The notes under the pieces were generated by a model. The model did no database searches, was not told the DNA's origin, and saw only the letters and a program-made list of their open reading frames with translations. Position numbers and translations under genes: made by a program. From the IMG/VR virus record IMGVR_UViG_3300031994_000001, positions 349,022 through 413,021 of that record: a DNA stretch of 64,000 nt; one strand, written 5' to 3'. Shown here piece after piece: positions 1-9,659 of the stretch (its first letter is position 1; the number at the start of each line of letters is the position of its first letter). Origin of the DNA: a virus (lineage: Duplodnaviria > Heunggongvirae > Uroviricota > Caudoviricetes).

Positions 1-810
1 ATTCAACGAAAATGCGTACCTTATGTTCAAAGCAGAGTCAACAGACCAAGCCGATTCAATTTTCCTTATTTCTTTGCCTTTGTAATACACGGTCATAACA
101 GCACCCTTGTTGCGAATGCTATTCCGCATAGTTTCCTCCATCTCCTTGTTTTCACGGGCAACACGCTCTTTCTCGTCACGCTCAACTTTCTTCGCATAAA
201 CGTCTTTTACAATGGCTGCGAGTTCGTCATTCTTTTCGGCATACAATCTGTCAAACCCCCAAGACTTAACATAGTCATTCATAATGGAAACAACTTTGTC
301 CGAACTCTTGGTATCACTATGCGATTTGAAATTGTTGTCGGCAAGATAATAGTGGTTGAACTCGCCGTCAATCTTCGTAGCCTTTCCATTTGCGACAGCA
401 TACATAACAAGAACGCTGTATTTCGGGTCGGTGACTGTGTTAGTGTCGGGATTCTTCCTCAATTCATTACCGCCTTTTTTCTCATCGCACATAGGATAGA
501 ACACGAAACTGTGCTTGTCGTCAAGAGAAAACACGAATTTGTCGCCTTTCTCGGTTTCGACAAACTCCGTCTTTATGCCGTAGAAGTCAAGCATATCGAA
601 CATTTTGCCGTAAGCCTTTTCATATTCCCAAGAAAAATAAAAATAAGAGTTGCCGCTTTTCGTGTTTTCTGCGATAATATCCTTGTACCCCGTAATCTTG
701 TCGGCACAATATCCAAAGAATTTTTCCAACGAATACCAACGGAAAGTGTGCAGTTTGCAGTACACATTCTCATTCAACAACTCGTCAGAATTAAGTACAT
801 ATTTTTTCAT
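1..810 (-). CDS. Hypothetical protein, runs off the window start; possible head-packaged protein
   Basis: Hand translation: ATG at 810 gives MKKYVLNSDELLNENVY..., open to position 1 (absent from the ORF track because it has no stop). The N-terminus resembles a capsid-targeting leader ending in LNE. Confidence 0.8.
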   Translation of the reverse strand, partial: MKKYVLNSDELLNENVYCKLHTFRWYSLEKFFGYCADKITGYKDIIAENTKSGNSYFYFSWEYEKAYGKMFDMLDFYGIKTEFVETEKGDKFVFSLDDKHSFVFYPMCDEKKGGNELRKNPDTNTVTDPKYSVLVMYAVANGKATKIDGEFNHYYLADNNFKSHSDTKSSDKVVSIMNDYVKSWGFDRLYAEKNDELAAIVKDVYAKKVERDEKERVARENKEMEETMRNSIRNKGAVMTVYYKGKEIRKIESAWSVDSALNIRYAFSLN

Positions 811-814
811 ACTG

Positions 815-1771
815 TTATCTGTCTTTGTTCTGCTGCGGTTCGTTATAGCCCGCCGTCTTTATCGTATAATCCAAGTCTTTGCCTCTGTTGGATTCCATAT
901 ATGTCTTCGGGAACTCCCGCTCGGTTATCACATTTTTGTCAACCTCGCCGCCCTTTATTCTATCAGCGAGTTCGGGTATGTCACGCTCGTCATAATGGTC
1001 GTCTCCAAGGTGGAATTTGGTGATAAGACCGCCTGGATATACACCAACATTACCGTATTCATCTGAACGGAACATCATAACAGAGCCGTCCTTACCATTA
1101 ATCATATCGTTTATCTCGTCAAGCAGTATGCCGTTCTCGAACACGGGATAGAAACTCTTTACCTCTATGCTGAACGACACCTTGTACTCCTTCTGTTGGT
1201 CAATGCCGAACTCAATGGGTCTGTCCTGCGAATAGTCATTCGGCAAAGTGTACGCCGACTGAACCTGCATCATACCCAAGTCAACGAAAAACGTGTTCAC
1301 AGCATAGAGTTTGCTCAATATGCTTTCTGTCACTTTCAGCATTTCGATTTGTGACGAACATACCATATTGCAGGTGAACGACATATTGATTGGCAGGAAG
1401 CAGCACCTCATATAGAAAGTCTTGAGAATGCCGTCAACCTCGTGTACGAATTTAGCCTGCGTGAACTTGTTGACTTGGCTTCCCGAATCAATGGCTACGT
1501 TTTCAAGGTTGATTACACCCCTCGGAACTTTCTCGTAGTCACCAATAGCCTTGCCGTTGTTTATGGCATCATATTGGAACTCGTCTTTCAAGAAACGCTC
1601 GCCACCAGTGACGGAAAAGAAAAACGGGATGTCAATCTTTTCCATAACCTCGTTTGTCGGGTGCTGATAGACATATATCCTTTTGTTGAGTTCAGCCAAC
1701 AAAGCGACAATAATGTAGCGTATCACACTATTGTCGTAATTCATTGTCTGATTGTAAACATTCATTGCCAT
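815..1771 (-). CDS. Tail terminator / sheath stabilizer, T4 gp15-like
   Basis: N-terminal YDNSVIRYIIVALLAELN...KIDIPFFFS..GERFL pattern parallels the gp15 family; late-gene context. Confidence 0.6.
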   Translation of the reverse strand: MAMNVYNQTMNYDNSVIRYIIVALLAELNKRIYVYQHPTNEVMEKIDIPFFFSVTGGERFLKDEFQYDAINNGKAIGDYEKVPRGVINLENVAIDSGSQVNKFTQAKFVHEVDGILKTFYMRCCFLPINMSFTCNMVCSSQIEMLKVTESILSKLYAVNTFFVDLGMMQVQSAYTLPNDYSQDRPIEFGIDQQKEYKVSFSIEVKSFYPVFENGILLDEINDMINGKDGSVMMFRSDEYGNVGVYPGGLITKFHLGDDHYDERDIPELADRIKGGEVDKNVITEREFPKTYMESNRGKDLDYTIKTAGYNEPQQNKDR

Positions 1772-1780
1772 ATTTGCGAA

Positions 1781-2329
1781 TTACATATTGTTTTTGTGTT
1801 GAACATCGGCTAAATAGTCATTGAGAAGTTTCAAATGCTCTTCCTCGTCAGCCAAGATATGAACAGCCATATCGTATGTCGTTGTGTCTTTGCCGCGTGT
1901 GAAGTCAAGGAGTTGCTGATACCCGTTGATAGCGCATTTCTCGTGTGCGATGTTCATCACAACGAGGGAAAGCGTGTCGTATGGCTTCGCGGGAATCGCA
2001 TAGTCACACTCGCTCAATTCCGTAAGATTGCGGATGTCTTTCAGTTTCTCAACATCGCCGCCGAGTTCGGATATGCGGTTCAATATCTTCGCCGCGTGGT
2101 CGTTGAGTTCATCATCAGCCATTTCAGCGAATGTCTTTTCAATGTTCGGTCTCTCATTGCCTACAAGGAACGGGGCTATGATATTGTAGTGATACCATTG
2201 CAGCACTTCCTCCGCATAGCGTTTTTCGAGCATAGAGATGAGAACAGCCGTGTCTATTCTGTCCCCAACGGCTTCGTTCACTTTATTCTTGAAATAGTCT
2301 TTGCTTGTGTATTGACTCAAATTTTTCAT
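1781..2329 (-). CDS. Dps-like (DpsL) / bacterioferritin-family di-iron protein
   Basis: Ferritin four-helix motifs EEVLQWYHY, DELNDHA, EKCAINGY, ILADEEEH; two Cys (SECDY, EKCA) as in the DpsL thioferritin motif. Confidence 0.85.
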   Translation of the reverse strand: MKNLSQYTSKDYFKNKVNEAVGDRIDTAVLISMLEKRYAEEVLQWYHYNIIAPFLVGNERPNIEKTFAEMADDELNDHAAKILNRISELGGDVEKLKDIRNLTELSECDYAIPAKPYDTLSLVVMNIAHEKCAINGYQQLLDFTRGKDTTTYDMAVHILADEEEHLKLLNDYLADVQHKNNM

Positions 2330-2372
2330 ATTTTATTGTGTTTTTTATTATATTATATCTGAACACGCAATT

Positions 2373-2380
2373 TATTTTTG
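2373..2380 (+). promoter_or_regulatory. Bacteroidetes-type -7 promoter element (TAnnTTTG)
   Basis: TATTTTTG followed by CAGCGTAATC, same context as 43249-43266; upstream of the ATG at 2408. Confidence 0.6.
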
Positions 2381-2394
2381 CAGCGTAATCAATA

Positions 2395-2402
2395 TATTTA
2401 TA
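2395..2402 (-). promoter_or_regulatory. T4-type late promoter TATAAATA
   Basis: Exact TATAAATA on the minus strand upstream of the DpsL-gp15 operon. Confidence 0.7.
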
Positions 2403-2407
2403 CAAAT

Positions 2408-2824
2408 ATGGAAAGACTATACACATTACCCGAAGATTCAAACCGTCTGATAGCGGGCGGGTTGTCACCCGAAACGTCTGACGGATGGGTGAATGAACGG
2501 AACGATTTTGAATCTCGCAAAAGCCAAACATCCATTGCGAGAAGTTGGAGCGTTGCCAAACTGCTTGACCTTATGCCGCCGTTTATCAGAGTAGGAAAAG
2601 ACGACTACGGGTTCACCCATTGGAAGTGCGCCGTGAACACAGAGGACGGGTTGGAAATCCAAGAAGGCATATCGTACCACAGCGAAACCGCCGAACTGCG
2701 TGGCGACTTCGTTGGGTTCTCAACAACAACTGAAAAATGCACATTCCTCGAATGCTGCGTCAAGATGATGTGTTGGATTAACAGCCAACACAAAATCAGA
2801 ATCGAAGCGGCGTTGAACATATAG
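2408..2824 (+). CDS. Hypothetical protein
   Basis: ORF with AT-rich leader; ATG at 2408 preferred over TTG at 2378; followed by a terminator. Confidence 0.75.
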   Translation: MERLYTLPEDSNRLIAGGLSPETSDGWVNERNDFESRKSQTSIARSWSVAKLLDLMPPFIRVGKDDYGFTHWKCAVNTEDGLEIQEGISYHSETAELRGDFVGFSTTTEKCTFLECCVKMMCWINSQHKIRIEAALNI

Positions 2825-2850
2825 ACTCTCTTGACTGCCGCCCCGAAGAC

Positions 2851-2885
2851 AAGAAAGCCCTGCCGATTGGCAGGGTTTTCTTTTT
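2851..2885. terminator. Bidirectional intrinsic terminator
   Basis: AAGAAAGCCCTGCC-GATT-GGCAGGGTTTTCTT hairpin between convergent genes. Confidence 0.85.
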
Positions 2886-2905
2886 AGTTCACAGCGAGAT
2901 TACTG

Positions 2906-3313
2906 CTAAATCGCTTCGGCACGTTTCTTCTCTATGATAGCCATAAGTTCCTCTTTTGTGCTGAAATATTCATCTTCATAGTGGAACTCAATCGGGTTGT
3001 AGTCCATTTCGATTCTTTCGGACTCTTCCTCGGTTATGTCACCGTTATCAACAAGGCTTTTGATGTAAGTGTCGAAAATAGACCAATAGTATTGACGCGC
3101 TATTTTCCTCATATCGTCAATTCCGATTTCGCTCATTGCGAATTTAAGGTCATCCTCGCCATAGTCCAAGTCTGGGCAAAGTTTATCGAATTTGTCCAAC
3201 TCACCCATTCCCGTACACAATTGGAAGAATTCAATGTATGAATCATCCCCGAATCCTTCATTGATTCTACGGGTAGGCTGTGCCATTTCGTCAACTCTTT
3301 TAATATGTGTCAT
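2906..3313 (-). CDS. Hypothetical acidic protein with capsid-targeting-like leader
   Basis: MTHIKRVDEM...RRINE N-terminus; CATAAATA late-promoter variant at 3335-3342. Confidence 0.75.
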   Translation of the reverse strand: MTHIKRVDEMAQPTRRINEGFGDDSYIEFFQLCTGMGELDKFDKLCPDLDYGEDDLKFAMSEIGIDDMRKIARQYYWSIFDTYIKSLVDNGDITEEESERIEMDYNPIEFHYEDEYFSTKEELMAIIEKKRAEAI

Positions 3314-3342
3314 AATTCAATTATATGTTCTAAATATTTATG

Positions 3343-5748
3343 CTAACTGTAAAACGGGCTTTCCTTGCCTTGGTTTTTCTTGCACTCCTCGTCAAGTTCG
3401 ATATAGCACTTCGACAATTGGTCGAAATTCGGGTCAACACACCATTTCAATCTCTTCTCAAATTTCTTCATAATGTTGTAGTTGTAAATAACAAGCATCA
3501 ACTTGGTTTTTATAGGGATGAGTTTTGAAAGAGGTTTTGCGTTAAACTCGCCGTCCGTCAAGAAAAGCCAAACGGAAAATCTGTCCGTCTGAACATTCTT
3601 CAGTATGTAGTCAACACAGTCGGTAACACGTGTACCGCCGCCTGCCTCATTGTTTTCAACCATATCCAATACTTTTGAAATGGCTGCGCCTCTGTCCTTT
3701 TTGACATCCTCAACTTTCAAATAAACAGCGGCATTGGTATCAATGGTGGTTGCAAACGGTATAAGGGTTATGCCCGAATATTCGAGTTTGTCGCAGCAAC
3801 TGACAATGGTGTCGGCAAAAAGTTCAACGGTGTCTCGGTTGACGGAAGTTGATGTGTCAACAAACACATTGATATTCTGCGGTGCTGCGTCATTCTTCGG
3901 GTGATACGGCTGCATAATCTCGTGAGCAAGCGTTCTTTTGTTACCCCAACGAATCTTGTTTCTGTCGGCAATCTTGTGCTTTCTGTTGGCGAACATTGTG
4001 TTGGCTTCAAGGAATTTCTGTATGATTTCCTGCCACAAGTCATTGATGGTCGCCTCGCTCATCTTGATTTTGGTGAACAGTTTGCCGAGTTCGCTTTTCG
4101 GTTTATTGCGGACAATATCGTCACGGAGTTTCTTGATTGAATCCTCGTCCATAATAGGTCTGCCGCCCAACTCGCCCATCAAGTCTTTAACGTCTTCATC
4201 ACTGAATCCGCTTCGTCTCAATGATTCGCCAAGCCTTGCATTGACATCGGACTGCTTTATCATTTCACCGACAACCTTTTGCTGTGTCGGCTCTTGACTA
4301 TGATGTATTCTTGCGGTACTTTCATTCGGATTGTTCTTTCTGTTACGGTTTCTGATTTTCCGCATATCGCCGTTTGAATAACCGTTTGGTTTCCTATGCT
4401 CACCGCGTTCACCGCCTTCACCATTGCCAGGCTCACGGTCGGAATCGTCATTTGACTCATCGCCGTTTTCACCGCTTTGCTGTTCACTTTGCTCGCCCGA
4501 CTGCTGACTGCCTTGCTGATTGTTCTGACCACTTTGACTTTTCTGACCACTATTACCTGCTTCAGAAGCATCGTCAGCAAAGTCAACTGCCTTGTCTGCG
4601 GAATCCTGCGCCTTCTCATCTTCACCCTGCGCTTTCTTCGCATTGTCTTTTGCACCTTGGGTGTCACCTTTGTCGGCAGCGTCCTTTGCGGCATCAGCAG
4701 CGTCCTGCGCTTCATTGGCAGCGTCTTGTGCGTCATTGGCAGCGTCTTGCGCTTTATCAGCCGCTTTCTGTGCCTTGTCAGCCTTGGACTTCGCATTTTT
4801 ATATTCCTGCGAATCCTCACCGAATTTGCGTTTAACCTTTTCAGCGTTTTCATTCGCTTGGTCTGCTATGTCCTGCGCATCATTGGCTGCTTCCTGCGCA
4901 TCGTTTGCAGCGTCTTGCGCTCTGTCGGCAGCGTCCTGCGCTTCCTTCGCAGCCTCGTCAGCGTTCATATTGGAGACATCTTTCTTCTGATTGCCGCCGT
5001 TACCGCCTTCTCCGCCGTTGCTTTCTTTTGCTTCGTCAGCAGCATCTTTTGCGAACCAAGAGTTCATTTTGGAATCAGCCTCGGCGTTCTTTGCGTCATC
5101 AGCGTTTTCCTTTGCACTCTGCGCCGCACTCTGTGCGCCTTTGGTATCGCCGTTCTTTGCAGCCTCGCTTGCCTTTTTAGCATCGTCACGAGCCTTGTCA
5201 GCGGAATCCTGCGCTTGGTCTGCCGCGTCTTGAGCGTCATTTGCCGCTTCCTGCGCTTCGTCAGCAAGACTTTTTGCATTCTTGTATTCCTGCGAATCCT
5301 CGCCGAACTGTGACTTCGCGGATTCAGCCTCGTTCTTTGCTGAATCGGCAGCGTTCTGTGCGCCGATAGCGGACTTACGTGCATTGTCGGCTGACTTCTG
5401 TGCCTTGTCTGCCGACTGTTGTGCGCTTTCGGAAGCCTCCTGCGCGTTCATATCGGAAATATCCTTTTTACTACTACTCGGACTACCTTGGTCTTGTTGT
5501 TGGTTGTCACTTTTCTCGTCAGAAGGTAGCAGGCTGTCATCACCATCAGACGAATCACCGCCCCCATTATTCTTTTGCGGAACAATGGCTCTTTCCTTGT
5601 ACGTTTCGGGTTTCTTTTCCTTTGGCTGCTCACCACCCCCCATTGGAGGGGGTGTACCGCCTTTCAGTTCCCCGATACTGTCGGAAATGCCTTGCACCAA
5701 ACCATCTTCATATTTTTTGTATTCAGCGGATTCGTTTATGTATTCCAT
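3343..5748 (-). CDS. vWA-domain protein with long Ala/Asp/Gln-rich coiled-coil linker
   Basis: C-terminal MIDAS motif FVDTSTS, GGGT, FLTDGEF; central low-complexity AQDAANDAQ repeats. Confidence 0.85.
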   Translation of the reverse strand: MEYINESAEYKKYEDGLVQGISDSIGELKGGTPPPMGGGEQPKEKKPETYKERAIVPQKNNGGGDSSDGDDSLLPSDEKSDNQQQDQGSPSSSKKDISDMNAQEASESAQQSADKAQKSADNARKSAIGAQNAADSAKNEAESAKSQFGEDSQEYKNAKSLADEAQEAANDAQDAADQAQDSADKARDDAKKASEAAKNGDTKGAQSAAQSAKENADDAKNAEADSKMNSWFAKDAADEAKESNGGEGGNGGNQKKDVSNMNADEAAKEAQDAADRAQDAANDAQEAANDAQDIADQANENAEKVKRKFGEDSQEYKNAKSKADKAQKAADKAQDAANDAQDAANEAQDAADAAKDAADKGDTQGAKDNAKKAQGEDEKAQDSADKAVDFADDASEAGNSGQKSQSGQNNQQGSQQSGEQSEQQSGENGDESNDDSDREPGNGEGGERGEHRKPNGYSNGDMRKIRNRNRKNNPNESTARIHHSQEPTQQKVVGEMIKQSDVNARLGESLRRSGFSDEDVKDLMGELGGRPIMDEDSIKKLRDDIVRNKPKSELGKLFTKIKMSEATINDLWQEIIQKFLEANTMFANRKHKIADRNKIRWGNKRTLAHEIMQPYHPKNDAAPQNINVFVDTSTSVNRDTVELFADTIVSCCDKLEYSGITLIPFATTIDTNAAVYLKVEDVKKDRGAAISKVLDMVENNEAGGGTRVTDCVDYILKNVQTDRFSVWLFLTDGEFNAKPLSKLIPIKTKLMLVIYNYNIMKKFEKRLKWCVDPNFDQLSKCYIELDEECKKNQGKESPFYS
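4560..5470 (-). repeat. Intragenic duplicated heptad-repeat block
   Basis: Two blocks, each starting KKD(I/V)S(D/N)MNA and containing FGEDSQEYKNAKS plus AQDAA(N/D) heptads; boundaries approximate. Confidence 0.8.
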
Positions 5749-5770
5749 ATTGATTTCTTTGATTGTTTTT

Positions 5771-5836
5771 AATTACGTTGCAAAAATACAATTTTTTTAT
5801 ACACGCCGCACTTTTTTATCAAAAAAGTTATCAACA
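5771..5836 (-). promoter_or_regulatory. Host-sigma (early) promoter with upstream TGTTGATAAC box
   Basis: TATTTTTG at 5781-5788 and TGTTGATAAC at 5827-5836; near-identical to 43201-43266. Confidence 0.75.
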
Positions 5837-5855
5837 GCAAACCAATGATTGTTCA

Positions 5856-6731
5856 TTAAGCACCAAAGCGGTTTTTAAGTTCATCGGCAACTTTCTTAAT
5901 GTCACCATTGTATTTTTTCATAAGCGTTTCGATTTCCTCCATTGTCTTTGTAGCATTACGCTTGTTGGACTTGTAAAGTTTTCTGATAAGTTCGCGTCCG
6001 TCACGATGTCCGTCCTTCCATTCAACTGAAGTCGGAATTTTGTCGTTCTTTTCCTTCTGCTTATCACCCTGCTGTTGCTGCTGTTGTCGCTGCTGTTTCT
6101 TTGCCTGCTTCGCGGCATACTGCTGTTTCTTTCGGTCAATGTAGAACTTATAATGCCGCATAATGGTCTCCATAGGAATACCTATGAATTTTTCTTCATA
6201 CCAACAGTCAAGATTAGGCCAGAAATCGGGCGGACAGAGATTGTCACTGACCATCATACCGTTAATCTCCAAGTCACCTGCAATGTTCAAATCACCCCAA
6301 GTGGCAGGCGGAGTGTTCACTTCGTTGTATGCGTGCATTCTCGCTATGTGGGCGAGCATAGAGTGCATAGCCTCGTGATACAGACATCTGAACACGTTGA
6401 TTGCGCTCATTTTAAGTCCATCGTACAAAAAGCCGACATTTATCATATAAATCATTCGACTGTCAACACACATAGTGGGAGTGACATAATCGTCAAGAAG
6501 ATAGATTATGGTAGCACCGCGAATGTATTTGTATTCGTATGGATGTGTATTCTTAAAGTATGCCAACGCCGTATTAACAAGGTCAACAAAACTGCTGCCT
6601 TCAACATAAGTGCCGTCATCCATTTGGATTCTTCCAAGCGCAATAAGTTGTTCGGCATTACCGCCCTCTATATTGTTGTAACTTTCGAGGATTATCGAAT
6701 ACTTCGATGAATCATATACATAGTTTTTCAT
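5856..6731 (-). CDS. Zincin metallopeptidase (DUF2201 N-terminal-like, MoxR/vWA-associated)
   Basis: TPTMCVD, LYHEAMH, NIAGDLEIN motifs; ATG at 6731 (MKNYVYD) preferred over TTG at 6749. Confidence 0.8.
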   Translation of the reverse strand: MKNYVYDSSKYSIILESYNNIEGGNAEQLIALGRIQMDDGTYVEGSSFVDLVNTALAYFKNTHPYEYKYIRGATIIYLLDDYVTPTMCVDSRMIYMINVGFLYDGLKMSAINVFRCLYHEAMHSMLAHIARMHAYNEVNTPPATWGDLNIAGDLEINGMMVSDNLCPPDFWPNLDCWYEEKFIGIPMETIMRHYKFYIDRKKQQYAAKQAKKQQRQQQQQQGDKQKEKNDKIPTSVEWKDGHRDGRELIRKLYKSNKRNATKTMEEIETLMKKYNGDIKKVADELKNRFGA

Positions 6732-6747
6732 TTCGGGAAAATATTTC

Positions 6748-6774
6748 AAAACTCCCGACCGAAAGTCGGGAGTT
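6748..6774 (-). terminator. Hairpin / terminator after the MoxR gene
   Basis: AACTCCCGAC-TTTCG-GTCGGGAGTT stem followed by a short T run on the minus strand. Confidence 0.6.
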
Positions 6775-6785
6775 CGTTAAACATA

Positions 6786-9638
6786 TTAAATCATTGAGTT
6801 TGGAATGGATTTGTAGATTCCCTCCATATCAATCTCTGGGTGGTTCTTTTGAAAGTTCTTCCAAATTTCAAGATACTTCTTACTGTTCGGGTCGTCCTCT
6901 TTGTAGTTGATACCCGTGAGGTCACAATATTTGTAAACCCTTGCGATGAAATCACTTGTTGTGTTTCCGCCTTTCTTGTCGAAATTGATTTCCAAGAATC
7001 TGACAAGTTTCTCCAATTCTTCGGCAGGAATTGGTTTCTTGACACTATATCTCTTCATAATGTCGCGTTTCAAGTGGTTGGTCATAACGGAAGATTTCAT
7101 TTTGTCGTCAACTTTCATAGTCGGGTCAGCCATAATGTCCTCGTATGTGTACTTGAACGAACCGCCGCTGAAGTTATCCATATAATCCTCAACATATTCC
7201 TCTGCCGTCTTGTCGGGGAGGAACTTCTTTACGATACGCAGAAATTCCTTTTCACCAAGTTCGGTATAGGACTTGAATCCACGAAGCCTGCAAACGCGGT
7301 TAAGTTCCTCAATACAGAACGACCAAGAACGCGGGCTGATTTGTCTTGTCTTGTTTTGTGTGGTTGATTCAGTAGGGTCAATATTGTGCCATCTTGAATT
7401 TTTATTATCAGCACCTCTTGCTTGGATATGTTCGATTGTGAAGTCGTCAAATCCGCCTTTTTCTTTCGCCCATTTAGCCCATTCGTTAAAATCTGGAACG
7501 AAATTTACTGAAACGAAACGCTGTTTCAAAGCATCGCTCAACAACTGCCAATTCTGATTCACTTGAATATCGTCAGTAGGTCTGTTTGAACAAGCCATAC
7601 AATACCACTTGCTACCAAGTCTGTAACCCGAAGTGGTTTTGCGGTTCATCATAATCTGCGCGATACCGAACAATGTATCGGGGTCTGCACGCAGGAACTC
7701 GTCAAACATCAAAATACCGCCGCCACCGTGAAACTCGCTGTCCATTTCGATTCCGTCTTTGTCATAAACGACATCAACAGCACCGTTTGCTGTGGCATTA
7801 CGAGCCTTGTCAATTTCACGGTCGCCAGTTGGTTGCCACATAGGAAGCCAACTCTTCGGAGCGTCAGTCGCGTGCGCCGAAATGTATTTTTCAAAATCAG
7901 CGTTAGTCATATTACGACCTTTCACCATTTCCTTTATGACGGGGTTGTTTTTCACGTTTTCGATGTCGGCATCCGTTATTTTGACTGGCATAGGCATAAA
8001 CAAGTCGCCCGCTTGGAGTGTTGAACAGTCAATTACTATGATTGACATCATATCCTTGCTCGTTCCGCCGCTTTCCGCTATGCGTTTGTTTGCCGCTTCA
8101 ATCAAAGTGGTTGGAATTGTTGTCTTACCGATACCTGGCGCACCCCACACCAACATAGGCTTACCCGATGGACGACCATCCATAATGATTTCGTTGATGT
8201 TGTCGTTCAAGTCAGCCTCCAACTCACTTGTGGAAACATCAACAGCGTCAATGTTCATATAGGTTTGATTGCCCTCCTTGTCGAAACTCCTCAAACCGAC
8301 ACGGCGTTCATTCACTTCTTTAAGGGATTCGCTGACACCCGCAGCCTTGGAAACATAGTCCAAGAATTTGAGATAATTGTCGTATTCCCTACTTCCCTTT
8401 TCGATTTTTTCGTAATAACCGCTCTTTTCGGGATAGTTGACTGGCTTGCCGATTTCGGCATACACACCCTTAATGTTGTTTTTGTGGATGAATTCAACAA
8501 TGTTCTGCGGCAAGTTAGCACCGAACATATCAAATGTCTTGCCGACAACGAATGTGAATCCGTCTTTGAGTTTTATACCAACGCTCTTGAAAGCCTCTTT
8601 GATTTTGCCAAACGCTTTCTTGGCGAAGTCACCTATAACACCCTCGTTCACCCCGTAGTTTTCCTTGATAAACTCGGCTGTGTCCATAATGTATCTTTTG
8701 CTTTCGTCAGTATCCATAATTCCCTTATTTTTGTATGATTTCAAATTTTTCACTTTGCGTTTAACGTCCTCGGCGTTTCCGACCATCGCACTCATTTGCT
8801 TTCTTGAAATTTCGGCATCGTCAACACTCATCTGACCGATAACGGGCATATAACCGAGCATCGGGTTGATTGAAGCACCCCAACCGTCAATCACATCCTG
8901 CTTGTCAAAATCAGAACCGATAAACATATTCTTGATATTCTCCGCGCTTGCAAGTTCCCAACCACGGATTGAATCGTTGTTGAAAGTTGATTTGTAGAAC
9001 ATTCCCTCGAAACTTGTTGCGTTCGACACATCCCAACCGCTCAAATCAACATTCGGCAAATCCTTGAATGCGAACACAGCGCAGAAATTCTTAACGTCTT
9101 TCACATTGAAAATAGAGTAGGGGAGTTCGACATCCTGCGTTGTCATACCCTCCAAGTCACCTTTAAGCAACATATCGTAAACAAGGTCGGAAGCGTAGTT
9201 AATGTCACGCTTGTCGCCTTGGATATACGCATTGTCGCCACGGTTTCTCATTGCAATCTCCCAATGTGAAAGCCAATCAGCCTGCTCGTCAGAAAGGGTT
9301 TTACCCGCAGCCGCGTTCTCGGCACGGTTCTTCCGTCTCTCATATTCGTCCATAGACTTAACGCCGTCCATATCATCGGGAATGCTGTCCTCAAGTGAAT
9401 CGCCGCCCACAACGGTGTCTTTCACGTCATCGAAGAAACCCTCGTTGACCACCATTTTCGTATTCCTGCTTGCAAGCAGTTCGTTCACAGATTCGGAAAT
9501 CTGCTGTGCGTTTTCAGCAAAGAACTGTTCGTAAAGTTTACGCTTTTCGGAAATAGGCAGGCTCTTGTCAACCTTGTTCCAAAAGTTTTCCCTCGCGTAC
9601 TTTGAAACAATACCTATATTATAATCAAATGCGTTCAT
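6786..9638 (-). CDS. MoxR-like AAA+ ATPase with N-terminal DUF285/BspA-like repeats
   Basis: Walker A WGAPGIGKT, Walker B ILMFDEF, sensor ACSNR, ALKQRF, SPRSW; N-terminal LSGWDVSNATSFEGMF repeat. Confidence 0.85.
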   Translation of the reverse strand: MNAFDYNIGIVSKYARENFWNKVDKSLPISEKRKLYEQFFAENAQQISESVNELLASRNTKMVVNEGFFDDVKDTVVGGDSLEDSIPDDMDGVKSMDEYERRKNRAENAAAGKTLSDEQADWLSHWEIAMRNRGDNAYIQGDKRDINYASDLVYDMLLKGDLEGMTTQDVELPYSIFNVKDVKNFCAVFAFKDLPNVDLSGWDVSNATSFEGMFYKSTFNNDSIRGWELASAENIKNMFIGSDFDKQDVIDGWGASINPMLGYMPVIGQMSVDDAEISRKQMSAMVGNAEDVKRKVKNLKSYKNKGIMDTDESKRYIMDTAEFIKENYGVNEGVIGDFAKKAFGKIKEAFKSVGIKLKDGFTFVVGKTFDMFGANLPQNIVEFIHKNNIKGVYAEIGKPVNYPEKSGYYEKIEKGSREYDNYLKFLDYVSKAAGVSESLKEVNERRVGLRSFDKEGNQTYMNIDAVDVSTSELEADLNDNINEIIMDGRPSGKPMLVWGAPGIGKTTIPTTLIEAANKRIAESGGTSKDMMSIIVIDCSTLQAGDLFMPMPVKITDADIENVKNNPVIKEMVKGRNMTNADFEKYISAHATDAPKSWLPMWQPTGDREIDKARNATANGAVDVVYDKDGIEMDSEFHGGGGILMFDEFLRADPDTLFGIAQIMMNRKTTSGYRLGSKWYCMACSNRPTDDIQVNQNWQLLSDALKQRFVSVNFVPDFNEWAKWAKEKGGFDDFTIEHIQARGADNKNSRWHNIDPTESTTQNKTRQISPRSWSFCIEELNRVCRLRGFKSYTELGEKEFLRIVKKFLPDKTAEEYVEDYMDNFSGGSFKYTYEDIMADPTMKVDDKMKSSVMTNHLKRDIMKRYSVKKPIPAEELEKLVRFLEINFDKKGGNTTSDFIARVYKYCDLTGINYKEDDPNSKKYLEIWKNFQKNHPEIDMEGIYKSIPNSMI

Positions 9639-9659
9639 ATATTTTGCTTATGTTTTTTC

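Noticed and set aside
319-1066. Plus-strand ORFs of 234 and 138 aa
   Set aside because: Antisense to the minus-strand genes 1-810 and 815-1771
4260-5848. Several overlapping ORFs across the vWA gene
   Set aside because: Antisense or off-frame products of the low-complexity Ala-rich repeat
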